This document shows, in pieces, positions 26,890 to 39,002 of a DNA stretch of 64,000 nt. The notes under the pieces were generated by a model that saw only the letters and a list, made by a program, of their open reading frames with translations, was not told where the DNA came from and made no database searches. Within the stretch, counting starts at the first letter, position 1. Every line of letters starts with the position of its first letter. The translations under genes were made by a program, and so were the position numbers. Source of the stretch: Malacoraja senta (lineage: Eukaryota); assembly GCA_038087875.1 (NCBI GenBank), contig CM075996.1, forward strand, positions 6,388,001 to 6,452,000, written 5' to 3'.

Positions 26890-28190
26890 AAATGAAGTGC
26901 TTCGAAAAGCTGGTCCTCTCCCATATCAAATCCAGCATCCCTGCCTCACTGGACTCCCATCAATTTGCATACAGGGCAAATAGATCAACAGAGGATGCCA
27001 TCTCTCTGGCTCTTCACACTGTCCCGACTCACCTGGACAGACAGGGCACGTATGTGAGGATGCTCTTCATTGACTATAGCTCTGCATTCAATACGGTCAT
27101 CCCCACCAAGCTCACCACCAAACTCCACCAGCTAGGCCTCAGCTCGCCGATATGCGATTGGATCCTGAACTTCCTGACGGAGCGACCGCAGGCAGTGAGA
27201 CTGGGCCCGCACCTGTCCTCCACTATCACCCTGAGCACCGGCACACCACAGGGCTGTGTACTAAGCCCCATGCTCTACTCCCTCTTCACTCACGACTGTG
27301 TCCCTGCATTCGACACCAACACCATCGTGAAGTTTGCAGACGACACAACAGTGATTGGGCTGATCACCAACGGTGATGAAACAAAATACAGAGCGGAGGT
27401 GCAGAACCTGGCGGACTGGTGCACTCATAACAACTTGTCACTAAACACCTCCAAGACCAAGGAGCTGATTAGTGACTTCAGGAGGTCCCATAATGGAGAA
27501 TACGCCCCAATCTCCATTTACGGGGAAAGTGTGGAGAGAGTGTCCAGCTTTAAGTTTCTGGGCACTCACATTTCAGAGGACCTCACATGGTCCACCAACA
27601 CCGCTGCGCTGGTCAAGAAGGCACAGCAACGACTGTTCTTCCTGAGGACATTAAAAAAGACTGGTCTGCCCCAACAGCTGCTGACAACCTTCTACCGCTG
27701 CACCACAGAGAGCATATTAACGTATGGCATCTCTGTGTGGTATCTCAGCTGCACGGAGGCGGAGAGGAGAGTTCTTCAGCGCGTCGTCCACAGAGCGCAG
27801 AGGATCATTGGGACAGAGCTACCAGCCTTGGAGGGCATCTACCACACACGGTGCCCCAGGAAGGCCGTCAGCATCCATAAGGACTCATCACACCCTTGTA
27901 ACGGACTGCTTGAACTACTTCCCTCCGGCAGACGTTACAAGGCCTTCTACGCCCGAACCTCCAGACTCAGAAACAGCTTTATTCCAAGAGCTATAGCGGC
28001 TCTGAACCGGCCCTGCTGAGTGCCCCCCCCACCCACCCCCCCCTGGACAGTCTCCCTCGGATGGTCACGTCACTCAGCTTGCTTATTTATTTATCTTACT
28101 TTTCTTGTACATCGGTGGAGCTGCATACTAAATCTCGTTGCACTGACGTGCAATGACAATAAAAGATATTATTATTATTATTATTATTAA
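26440..28190 (+). mobile_element. Rex1/Babar-like LINE with 375-aa RT ORF (26892-28019)
   Basis: [42 protein letters not shown]; (TTA)n tail at 28169-28188. Confidence 0.95.
26592..26890 (+). mobile_element. Polyadenylated retroposed insert with 15-bp TSD
   Basis: AATGAAGTGCTTCGA at 26577-26591 and 26891-26905; AATAAA at 26829; poly(A) at 26859-26890. Confidence 0.9.
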
Positions 28191-28314
28191 GGTACAGTGA
28201 AATTTGAGATCATGCAGCCACACAATCAAAAAGAACACAATACACAATAGATTTTAACATAAACATCCACCACAGTGGAATCAACATTCTTCACTGTAAA
28301 CCCAGTCCTCATAG

Positions 28315-28597
28315 TTTAGTTTAGAGATACAGCGCAGAAACAGGCCCTTCGGCCCACCGGGTCCTCGCCGACCAGCGATCCCCGCACACTAACACTATCC
28401 TACATACACTCGGAACACTTTACATTTATGCCAGGCCGATTAACCTGCAAACCTGTACGTCTTTGGAGTGTGGGAGGAAGCCGAAGATCTTGGAGAAAAC
28501 CCACGCTGGTCGCTGGAGAACGTACAAACTCCGTACAGACAAGCACCCGTAGTCAGGATCAAAGGCAGCAACTCTACCGCTGTGCCGCCATGCCACC
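28315..28597 (-). mobile_element. tRNA-derived SINE
   Basis: Reverse complement of the SINE head, core and tail. Confidence 0.85.
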
Positions 28598-28749
28598 CAG
28601 AGGTAACACAATAATCAAAGTAACATTCAATAAATAAAAATAACGAATATTTGTGCAAAACAAAGATGACTCTGGTGCAATCAAGAGGTTGTAGTTTAGT
28701 TGGTGCTTATAGTGTTCAAGAGCCTGGTGGTTGTTGTGAAGAAGCTTTA

Positions 28750-29065
28750 GTTTAGTGTAGTTTAGTTTAAAGATACTGCGCAGAAACAGGCCCTTCGGCC
28801 CACCTAGTCCGTGCCTACCAGCGATCCCTGTACACTAGCACTATCCTACACACACTGGGGATAATTCACAGTTTTACCAGGCTAATTAGCCTACAAACCT
28901 GTACGTCTTTGGAGTGTGGGAGGAAACCAGAGATCCCGGAGAAAACCCATGTTATCACGGGGATAACGTACAAACTCCGTACAGACAGCACCCGTAGTCG
29001 GGATTGAACCCTGGTCTCTGGCGCTGTGAGGCAGCAACTCTACCGCTGCGTCACTGTGCCGCCCT
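28750..29065 (-). mobile_element. tRNA-derived SINE
   Basis: Reverse complement of the SINE head, core and tail. Confidence 0.85.
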
Positions 29066-29469
29066 CTGGCAGCTCGTTCCACCACCCTTTGTTCTTTCAT
29101 TCTTTCTGTGATTTATTCGGAGAGTACTTTTGGCCCGCCTTGGTTTACCTTGCTGTAATTGACTAAAGATTCCCTCGCTCTCTCTTTACCTCCATCCCCT
29201 TCCTTATCTGTGTGTTCTGCAGCTCCCCCAACTGCTCACAGACATTATCTGAACCTGACCACAGTCAGTACGGGGTGATTATAGGCGGTGCTCATATGCA
29301 GTACTGAATGATATCCCTGTTCCTATAAATACTCTCCAGTTACATCATCGCCCAGGGCTCAACCTCGCCTGGTTTCTGTGAGACTACTAATCCAGTATCA
29401 GTCTGTCTCACCCCACTCTTCAGCTCTGACTCCGCTCTGCATTCCAGTGGTCATAAAGATTGCATCAAT

Positions 29470-29800
29470 TGCCAAGCTGGCCATCCGCGGAGTCACGGTG
29501 CCAGGCGGAAGAGGGCTCTGCCCGAGCCGGCTGCCTGCCCCTCCCCTGGGGTTATGTCCTCTCCCAGGTGGTACCAGAGACGGACTATGCGCTGTCCACG
29601 GGTGCCCTGGGGGGATTTCCGGGACCGCAGGGAGGTGGGGGTGGGGGAATGCATCCTAGCCCAAGATTATAATAAAGTTATTTAATATTTAGTTTAAGGA
29701 TAATTGGTAATTTTTTTGTATTTGGTGGTAGGAGTGTTGGTGTTGTTTGTTTTATAAAATATTATTATTGTTAATAATTGAATAAATTAATTTAAAAATA
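29470..29800 (+). mobile_element. Tx1/L1-like LINE 3' end remnant
   Basis: Frame-switched AKLAIR..QAEEGSARAGCLPL..DYALSTG.LG.F resembles Tx1-type C-termini; an AT-rich UTR with AATAAA follows. Confidence 0.55.
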
Positions 29801-29889
29801 GTGAAGGACCTAGGGTGGCGAGGAGAGGATGAAGGATCTCTGGACGATGTTGATCAAGGCGATGGTTGCAATAAGTCATTATGACCTTA

Positions 29890-30416
29890 TCTGAGGAAAG
29901 ACATTCTTGCCATAGAGGGAGTACAGAGAAGGTTCACCAGACTGATTCCTGGGATGGCAGGACTTTCATATGAAGAAAGACTGGATAGACTCGGTTTGTA
30001 CTCGCTAGAATTTAGAAGATTGAGGGAGCCTCTTATAGAAACGTACAAAATTCTTAAGGGGTTGGACAGGCTAGATGCAGGAAGATTGTTCCCGATGTTG
30101 GGGAAGTCCAGAACAAGGGGTCACAGTTTAAGGATAAGGGGGAAATCTTTTAGGACCGAGATGAGGAAAACATTTTTCACACAGAAAGTGGTGAATCTCT
30201 GGAATTCTCTGCCACAGAAGGTAGTTGAGGCCAGTTCATTGGCTATATTTAAGAGGGAGTTAGATGTGGCCCTTGTGGCTAAAGGGATCAGGGGGTATGG
30301 AGAGAAGGCATGTACAGGATACTGAGTTGGATGATCAGCCATGATCATATTGAATGGCGGTGCAGGCTCGAAGGGCCGAATGGCCTACTCCTGCACCTAT
30401 TTTCTATGTTTCTATG
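29890..30416 (+). mobile_element. CR1 LINE 3' fragment
   Basis: GLSYEERLDRLGLYSLEFRR..RTRGHSL plus 3' UTR. Confidence 0.9.
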
Positions 30417-31477
30417 ACCAGCTGATGTTGGGACTGTGAAAATGATGATGGATGATACTATATTGTCCCTCATACCTAGCTCGGTGCAGTGAAATTCTTA
30501 GTTTTTGCGTACCATGCATGCAAAAGAGTCGCCACAAACACACCGACAAATTTACAAAAAGTGCTCACCTCTTCTTCGCCCCCCCCCCCACCCCCACACG
30601 CCGGCCCCCCCTTAGTCTAGAGTTTAGAGATACAGCGTGGAAATGAATCAATAAGTTTATTGGCCAAGTATTCACATACAAGGAATTTGCCTTGGTGCTC
30701 CGCCCACAAGTGACAACGTGACATACAGTGACAGTTAGGAATGACACATAAAATATAAAACATAAAATAGGCTCTTCGGACCCCCCGAGTCCGCGCCGAT
30801 CAGCGATCCCCGCACACTAGCACTGCCCTACACACACTAGGGACAATTTACAATTTTTTACAGAAGCCAATTAACCTACAAACCTGCACGTCTTTGGCGT
30901 GTGGGGGGAAACCGGAGCTCTTGGAGAAAACCCTCGCAGGTCACGGGGAAGAACGTACAAACTCCATACAGCTCGCAACTTATTTGGAGGTTGTTGGGAA
31001 GAAGCTGTTCCTGTAGCTGGATGTCACAGTTTTCAGGCTCCTACACCTTCTTCCCGGTGGCAGGAGTGAAATGGGAGCTTGGCCAGGGTGGTGGTGGTCT
31101 CTGACGATGAATAGACGAGTGAATTGGTCTCTGACGATGCTGGCTGCCATTTTAGATGCAGCGACTCCTGTAGATGGCTGCGATGGGGGGTGGCCTGTAT
31201 GAGTCTCAATAGGCCCGTCAGTCTGGTGAGGGGCGCCTGTAGTGACCTTGCCCCAGGTGATACACAACAGGATCCCACCAGGTGTGATGATACGAATGAC
31301 ACACCTGTGTGGTCACATAATTCATTCATCTCCAGTCACGCAGCCAGTGAGCCAGGCAGCTGCACCTGCAATGTCACCCCACCCTTCACCATAGTGACCT
31401 TCGTCACGCGATAAACCGTCTCCCCTCCCCGGCAAACTCTCCAACTCCCTCACCATCGATTTCCTTCCCAATAACAG

Positions 31478-31790
31478 GCAGCACGGTGGCACAGCGGTTG
31501 ACCTACTGCCTTGCAGTGCCAGGGACCCGGGTTCGATCCTGACCACGGGTGCTTGTCTGTACGGAGTTTGTACATTCTCCCTGTGACTGCATGGGTTTTC
31601 TTCAGGTGCTCTGGTTTCCTCCAACACCTCAAAGACGTGCAGGTTTGTAGGTTAATTGGCTTGGGTAAAATTGTAAATTGTTCCTAGTGTGTGTAGGATA
31701 GTGTTAGTGTGTGGGGATCGCTGGTCGGTGCGGACTCGGTGGGCCGAAGGGCCTGTTTCTTTGCTGTATCTCTAAACTAAACCAAACTAA
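31478..31790 (+). mobile_element. tRNA-derived SINE
   Basis: Head, core and CTAAA tail; an inverted partner SINE lies at about 31860-32137. Confidence 0.85.
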
Positions 31791-33012
31791 AATGTCCCCA
31801 ATAAGGCACAGGGAACCGTGTTCGATCCTGACCTCGGTGATACTTAGTATCTAGTTTTAGTTTTAGAGATACAATATGGAAACAGGCCCTTCGGCCCACC
31901 GAGTTCGTGCCAACCAACGACCACCCTGTGCACTAGCTCTATCCAACACACTCGGGGCAATTTGCAGAAGCCAATTAACCTGCAAACCTGCGCGTCTTTG
32001 GGAGTGTGGGAGGAAACCGGAGCACCCAGAGAAAACCCACGCGGGTCACGGAGAGAACGTACAAACTCAGTCAGGATGGAACCCGGGTCTCTGACGCTGC
32101 AGGGCAGTAACTCTACTGCTGCGCCAGCGTGCCGCCCTAATAATGCACAAAGACCCGCTGAGTACATGAATGGAACTACACAACGTGGAGTTTTCCCTGT
32201 TGAGGGATGCTAGGCAATCTATATCTGTCAATGCTTTGTATTTCCCAGCACACGCCTTAAAGGTTTGTGAAGGAAAGAACTGCAGATGCTTGTTTAAATC
32301 AAAGGTAGACACAAAATGCTGGAGTGACTCAGCGGGACAGGCAGCATTTCTGGAGAGAAGGAATGGGTGACGTTTCGGGTCGAGATCCTTCTTCGGACTG
32401 ATCCAAAAGGGGCTGAGCTGATTAGATAGGGTCTCTGGCACTGAGAGGCAGCAACTCTATCGCCTTGGCGCCCTGTGCTGTCTGCGTCGAGTTACCACGT
32501 TCTCCCCGTGACCACTTGCGCTTCCCCCGGGCAGCACGGCAGTATTGAGCAGTCATTGTACTACACGAGGCTCGAAGGGCTGAATGGCCTCCTATTTGTC
32601 TATGTTTCTGGGAGGAACCTTCATGTAATGCAGGTCTTTCCTCTTGTCCCAGACGTACTGAAAGATGGAAGGTTCCCACTGTAATAAAAATAGTATATGA
32701 AATCATGAGAGGAATAGATCGGGCAGAGTCTGTTGCCTAGAGTAGGGGAATCGAGGACCAGAGGAATGGGTTTAAGGTGAAGGGGATAAGAATCCAAGGG
32801 GTAACTTTTTTCACACAAAGGGTGGTGGGTGTATGGAACAAGCTGCCAGAGCAGGTAGTTGAGGCTGGGACTATCCAAACCTTTAAGAAAGTTAGACAGG
32901 ATAGGACAGGTTTGGAGGGATATGGACCAAATGCGGGCAGGCGTGACTAGTGTAGCTGGGACATGTTGGGCGTTGTGGGCAAGTTGGGCTGAAGGGCCAG
33001 TTCCCACACTGT

Positions 33013-33612
33013 ATCAGATTGCTCAGTTTAGGCGGGCGGCCAGCTCTATGAAGAGTCCTGGTGGTTCCAAAGTTCTTCCATTTAAGAATGACGGAGGCCA
33101 CTGTGCTCTTCAGGACCTGCAATGCTGCAGAAATTGTTTTATACCATTCCCCAGATCTGTGTCTCGACACAATCCTGTCTCGGAGGTCTTCGAACAATTT
33201 CCTCATCTTCATGGCTTGGATTTTGCTCTGACATGCACTGTCAACTGTGGGACCTTATATAGACAGGTGTGTGCCTTTCCAAATCATGTCCAATTAATTT
33301 AATTTACCACTGGTGGACTCCAATCAAGTTGTGGAAACATCTCAAGGATAATCAATGGAAACAGGATGAGCCTAAGCTCAATTTTGAGTGTCATAGCAAA
33401 GGGTCCAAATTTTTATGTAAATATGATATTTCAGTTATTTCTTTTTAGTTACTTTACAAAAATGTCTCAACACCTGTTTTCGCTTCTTCATTCTGGGGTA
33501 TTGTGTGTAGATTGATGATTAAAAAAATGAATATAATTCATTTAAAAATTAGGCCGTAAGGTAACAAAATGTGGAAAAAGTGAAGGGGTCTGAATACTTT
33601 CTGAATGCACTG
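33013..33612 (-). mobile_element. Tc1-like DNA transposon, left end and N-terminal transposase fragment
   Basis: Terminus TA|CAGTGCATTCAGAAAGTATTCAGACCCC; ORF EDLRDRIVSRHRSGE.YKTISAAL..KSTVASVILKWK.FGTTRTL.RAGRP.KLS (paired-like HTH plus GRPR-like motif). Confidence 0.9.
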
Positions 33613-36256
33613 TAGATGGGAGGTCAGGACCGCTCTCTAGTTGTTGAGAGGACGGTTCATTTGCCTGATAATGGCATTTCTATTTTAGTTACAGGCTTTA
33701 TGAACATAAAACATAGATTAGTACAGCGCAGTAACAGGTCCTTCGACCCATAATTTCTGTGTCGAACATGATACCAAGATTTATTAACCTCATCTCTCTG
33801 CACATGATCCATATCCCTCAATATCCACGTGCCTTTCCATAAGTCACTTAAAGTACCGAGACCACACTGACCATCGATCACCTGTTCACACACCCAGTTT
33901 CATGTAATCCCACTTTCTCATCCACTCCCTACACACCGTACTTCGGATTTGTCTTCACTAAGGAAGACACAAACAATCTCCCAGATGTACTGGAGGACAG
34001 AGGATCTAAGGGGGTAGAGGAACTGAAAGAAATTTTGATTAGGCGAGAAATAGTATTGGGTAGGCTAATGGGACTGAAGGATGATAAATCCCCTGGGCCT
34101 GACGGTCTGCATCCCAGGGTCCTCAGGGAGGTGGCTCTAGAAATAGTGGATGCATTGGTGATCATTTTCCAATGTTCAATAGATTCAGGATCAGTTCCTG
34201 TGGATTGGAGGATAGCTAATGTTATCCCACTTTTCAAGAAAGGAGCGAGAGAGAAAACGAGGAATTATAGACCAGTTAGCCTGACTTCGGTGGTGGGAAA
34301 GATGGTGGAGTCAATTATTAAAGATGTAATAATGGGGCATTTGGATAGTAGCAAAAGGATTAGTCCAAGTCAACATGGATTTATGAAAGGGAAATCATGC
34401 TTGACTAATCTTCTGGAATTTTTTGAGGATGTGACAAGTAAAATGGATGAAGGGGTGCCAGTGGATGTGGTGTATCTAGACTTTCAGAAAGCCTTTGATA
34501 AGGTCCTGCACGGGAGACTGGTGACTAAAATTAGAGCACTTGGTATTGGGGGTAGGATGTTGACATGGATAGAAAATTGGTTGGCAGACCGGAAGCAAAG
34601 AGTAGGAGTGAACAGGTCCTTTTCAGAATGGCAGGCAGTGGCGAGTGGAGTGCCGCAAGGCTCGGTATTGGGGCCGCAACTGTTTACCATATATATTAAT
34701 GATTTGGAAGAGGGAATTAGGAGCAACACTAGCAAGTTTGCGGATGATACAAAGCTGGGTGGCAGTGTGAACTGTGAAGAGGATGTTAGGAGGTTGCAGG
34801 GTGACCTGGACAGGTTGAGTGAGTGGGCAGATGTGTGGCTGATGCAGTATAATATAGATAAATGTGAGGTTATCCACTTTGGCGGCAAAAACAAGGGGGC
34901 AGATTATTATCTCAATGGGGTTAGGTTAGGTAAGGGGGAGGTACAGCGAGACCTGGGCGTCCTTGTACACTGGTCACTGAAAGTTGGCGTGCAGGTACAG
35001 CAGGCAGTGAAGAAAGCTAATGGAATGTTGGCCTTCATAAAAAGAGGATTTCAGTATAGGAGTAAAGAGGTTCTTCTGCAGTTGTATAGGGCTCTGGTGA
35101 GACCACATCTGGAGTATTGTGTACAGTTTTGGTCTCCTAATTTGAGGAAGGACATACTTGTGATTGAGGCAGTGCAGCGTAGGTTCACGAGATTGATCCC
35201 TGGGATGGCAGGACTGTCATATGAGGAAAGATTGAAAAGACTAGGCTTGTATTCACTGGAGTTTAGAAGGATGAGGGGGTTCTTATAAAAACATATCAAA
35301 TTATAAAAGGACTGGACAAGCTAGATGCAGGAAAGATGTTCCCAATGTTGGGCGAGTCCAGAACCAGGGGCCACAGTCTTAGAATAAAGGGGATGTCATT
35401 TAAGACTGAGGTGAGAAAAAAACTTTTTCACCCAGAGAGTTGTGAATTTATGGAATTCCCTGCCACAGAGGGCAGTGGAGGCCAAATCACTGGATGGATT
35501 TAAGAGAGAGTTAGATAGAGCTCTAGGGGCTAGTGGAGTCAAGGGATATGGGGAGAAGGCAGGCACGGGTTATTGATAGGGGACGATCAACCATGATCAC
35601 AATGAATGGCGGTGCTGGCTCAAAGGGCCGAATGGCCTCCACCTGCACCTATTTTCTATGTTTCTATAATCAATGGAAACAGGATGAACCTAAGCTCAAT
35701 TTTGAGTGTCATAGCAAAGGGTCTAACTTTTTATGTAAATATGATATTTCAGTCATTTCTTTTTAATTACTTTACAAAGATGTCTCAACACCTGTTTTCA
35801 CTTCTTCATTCTGGGGTATTGTGTGCAGATTGATGATTAAAAAAATGAATATAATTCATTTTAAAATTAGGCCGTAAGGTAACAAAATGTGGAAAAAGTG
35901 AAGGGGTCTGAATACTTTCTGAATGCACTGTAGATGGGAGGTCAGGACCGCTCTCTAGTTGTTGAGAGGACGGTTCGTTTGCCTGATAACGGCATTTCTA
36001 TTTTAGTTACAGGCTTTATGAACATAAAACATAGATTAGTACAGCGCAGTAACAGGTCCTTCGACCCATAATTTCTGTGTCGAACACGATACCAAGATTT
36101 ATTAACCTCATCTCTCTGCACACGACCCATATCCCTCAATATCCACGTGCCTTTCCATAAGTCACTTAAAGTACCGAGACCACACTGACCATCGATCACC
36201 TGTTCACACACTCAATTTCATGTAATCCCACTTTCTCATCCACTCCCTACACACCG
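33348..36256. repeat. 591-bp direct repeat (33348-33938 and 35666-36256) flanking the CR1
   Basis: Both copies start ATAATCAATGGAAACAGGATG and end CACTCCCTACACACCG, with scattered substitutions. Confidence 0.93.
33939..35665 (+). mobile_element. CR1 LINE, 5'-truncated, 417-aa RT ORF (34035-35288)
   Basis: NYRPVSLTS, YLDFQKAFDKV, GVPQGSVLGP and KFADDTKL, then the CR1 C-terminus and 3' tail. Confidence 0.96.
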
Positions 36257-36696
36257 AGTGCAATTTACAGAGGGCAAATTAACCTACAAACACGCAAGTC
36301 TTTGGGAGTGTGGGAGGAAAGCGGGACACCCGGAGGAAACCTTCGCGGTCACAGGGAGAACGTGCAAACTCCGCACAGACAGCGCCCGAGGTCAGGATTG
36401 AACGCGGGTGAATGGCGCTGTGAGGCAGCAACTCTACCCGCTGCATCACCGTGCAGCCTAAGCTCGCTTGTGGTGGGTTACGGTCCTGTGCAAACGGCTT
36501 CCTGCTCGGCAGTAGACAAAATGTGTGGGAAGGAACTGCAGATGCTGGTTTAAACAAAGATCTGGACACAAAAAGCTGCAGTAACTCAGTGGGACGGGCA
36601 GCATCTCTGGAGAGAAGGAATGTCTGAAGAAGGGTCTCGACACGAAAACGCCACCCATTTCTTCTCTCCAGAGATGCTGCCTGTCCTGCTGAGTTA

Positions 36697-36962
36697 AGGG
36701 CCTGTCCCACTTACGCAACCTTTACAGGCAACTGCCGACACCCATGATAGGCTGCCGAAATTTTCAACATGTTGTAAAGTCAGCGGCGACCAGAAAGACG
36801 CTACGACGCTTTGGAGACCTCTCATGACCACAGGAGACCTCTCACGACCATAGGAGACCTCTCACGACCATGGGAGACCTCTCATGACCATAGGAGACCT
36901 CTCACGTCCTATCACGGGTGCCGGCAGTCGCCTGTAAAGGTCGCGTAAGTGGGACAGGCCCT
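36697..36962. mobile_element. Harbinger/PIF-type MITE with internal ~20-bp tandem repeat
   Basis: TIR AGGGCCTGTCCCACTTACGC.ACCTTTACAGGC.ACTGCC and its reverse complement; inserted at a TTA; about five copies of GGAGACCTCTCACGACCATA inside. Confidence 0.88.
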
Positions 36963-37189
36963 TCACTCCAGCTTTTCTGTGCCTATCTCCTGCTTGGTAG
37001 TATAATCCATAAAGCTGCCGGTGGAAGCAGGGACCTCCCTCCCATTTAAGTTCCCTCAAAACTCACTCCCGTTCAGCTTTGTCTTCAGTGTAAACAGAGT
37101 AAAGTCTAATCTCGGTCTCAATTGTTGACATGGTTCTGGTCTCCTCCTGCTTATGATTGCCATTAAAAACAGTGGCAACCCCTTCTAGA

Positions 37190-37266
37190 TATAAAAGGCA
37201 ACGGCGTGAACAGAGGAGACACAAGTCCCGGTCACCTAACCTCAGTCACACAGTTCTAGCGGGAGA
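37190..37266 (+). promoter_or_regulatory. TATA box and non-coding exon 1 of the parvalbumin-like gene
   Basis: TATAAAA at 37190-37196 and a GTGAGT donor at 37267. Parvalbumin genes have a short non-coding first exon. Confidence 0.7.
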
Positions 37267-38941
37267 GTGAGTACTATTCAAACTGCTTTTTGTTTCACCG
37301 GCTGAAAAATGTACCATTTCGCTGTTTGCTGTTGATGGTCTGAATGAACGAACGGGATTACTGTGGGGCTATTAACAATGGAAGGCAGTGTGAGTTTTAT
37401 GTGGGGAAAATACACATTGTTTGTTTGAAGGTAGACAGAAATGCTGGCGAAACTCAGCGGTTGAGGCAGCATCTATGGAGCAAAGGAATGGGTGTTCCAT
37501 TCGGGTCGAAGAATGAAGAAGGGTCAGTCTGAAGACTGAGTCTGAAGAAGGGTCTCGACCCGAATGGAGCACCAATTCCTTCGCTCCATAGATGTTGCCT
37601 CACCCGCTGAGTTTCTCCAGCATTTTTGTCTACCTTCAATTGTTCCAGCATCTGCAGTTGCTTCTTGCATGTTTGAAGATTCACTTTGTCTTCGGATTCA
37701 TTTGCCGATTTTTCAAAGAAAGACAAGGTCGCCCAAAATTTCCACCATCATCCTTACAGGCGAGAGAGTTTTTTTTTAATACAAATGGTGAACTCTGACG
37801 CGGAAAACATCAGAGAGGGAGAGTTAAACCAGTCGCTGATCCGAAACCTTCGCCCTTTCTCTTTCCATGGATGCTGCCCGACCTGCTGAGTATTTCACAG
37901 CATTTTCTGATCTTGTTTCCAGATTACCCAGCGTCTGAATTTCAATGAACCTGGGGATGTTCGTTGGGGAGTAGTGATGTGGGAGTCAGTAACTGATTCA
38001 AGTCATCGAGTCACAGTGTCTGGAAACAGGCCCTTTGGCCCAGCTCGACAATGCCGACCATGATGCCCCATCTACGCTAGTCCCTCCTGCCCACGTTTGA
38101 CCCAAATGCCTCTAAACCTTTCCAATCCATGTCCCTGTCTAACCGTTATATGCTGTTCTAGTATCTGCCTCTATAACCTCCTCTGGCAGCTCGTTCCGTA
38201 CACACACCACCCTCTGAGGATTGTCAAGAGCATAGAGAAATGTATTCAAAGGATATGAGAATGAGGAGGGATCTCATTGAAACTTACCGAATAGTGAAAG
38301 GCTTGGATAGAGTCGATGTGGAGAAGATGTTTCCACTGGTGGGAGAGTCTAAGACCAGAGGGCACAGCCTCAAAATTAAAGGACATTCCTTTAGGAAGGA
38401 GATAAGGAGGAATTTCTTTAGTCAGAGGGCGGTGAACCTGTGGATCTGCAGAAGGCTATGGAGGCCAAGTCAACGGATATTTTTAAGGCAGAGATAGATT
38501 CTTGATTAGTATGGGGAGAAGGCAGGAGAATGGGGTTAGGAGGGAGAGATAGATCAGCCATGATTGAATGGCGGAGTAGACTTGACGGGCCGAATGGTCT
38601 AATTCTGCTCCTATCACTTATGAACTTATGAGTGGAGGGATATGGATCAGGTGCGTGCGGTGGAAGTTAGTTGAACTTGTCATCATGTTTGTCAGGACAT
38701 TGTGGGCCGAAGGACCTGTCCCTATGCTGTGCTATCCTGCCACCTCTGTTTTCAAGAGAGAGTTAGATTTAGCTCTTCGGGCTAACGGAATCAAAGGATA
38801 TGGGGCGAAAGCAGGAACTCTCCTGCACCTATTTTCTATGTTTCTGTGTTTTATAAATGATATATATATTTTAAAAATTAAACGTTGCGGAGTTCATTCC
38901 AGACACAATGAGCCTGATCACTGTTTTTCAACAGGTTTACG

Positions 38942-39002
38942 ATGAAGATCACGGACTTCCTCGTTGCAGGAGAAGTGGCGGCTGCCCTCGCCGAGTGCAA
39001 CG
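38942..39002 (+). CDS. PVALB: Parvalbumin/oncomodulin-like gene, coding exon 1 (MKITDFLVAGEVAAALAECN)
   Basis: Acceptor tttttcaacAG at 38934, ATG at 38942, 61 coding nt and a GT donor at 39003, matching canonical parvalbumin exon size. The symbol is family-level. Confidence 0.92.

Noticed and set aside
29792..29801. MEF2-like TTAAAAATAG, and a TATAAATA at about 29325
   Set aside because: The MEF2-like site lies in a LINE A-rich tail, and no downstream exons support a gene at the TATA-like site.
34035..35288. Long RT ORFs (also 26892-28019) as domesticated genes or autonomous elements
   Set aside because: 5'-truncated LINE copies lacking the endonuclease, with frameshifts or an insertion.
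36813..36910. Regular ~20-bp repeats resembling a CRISPR array
   Set aside because: Head-to-tail repeats without spacers inside a eukaryotic MITE.
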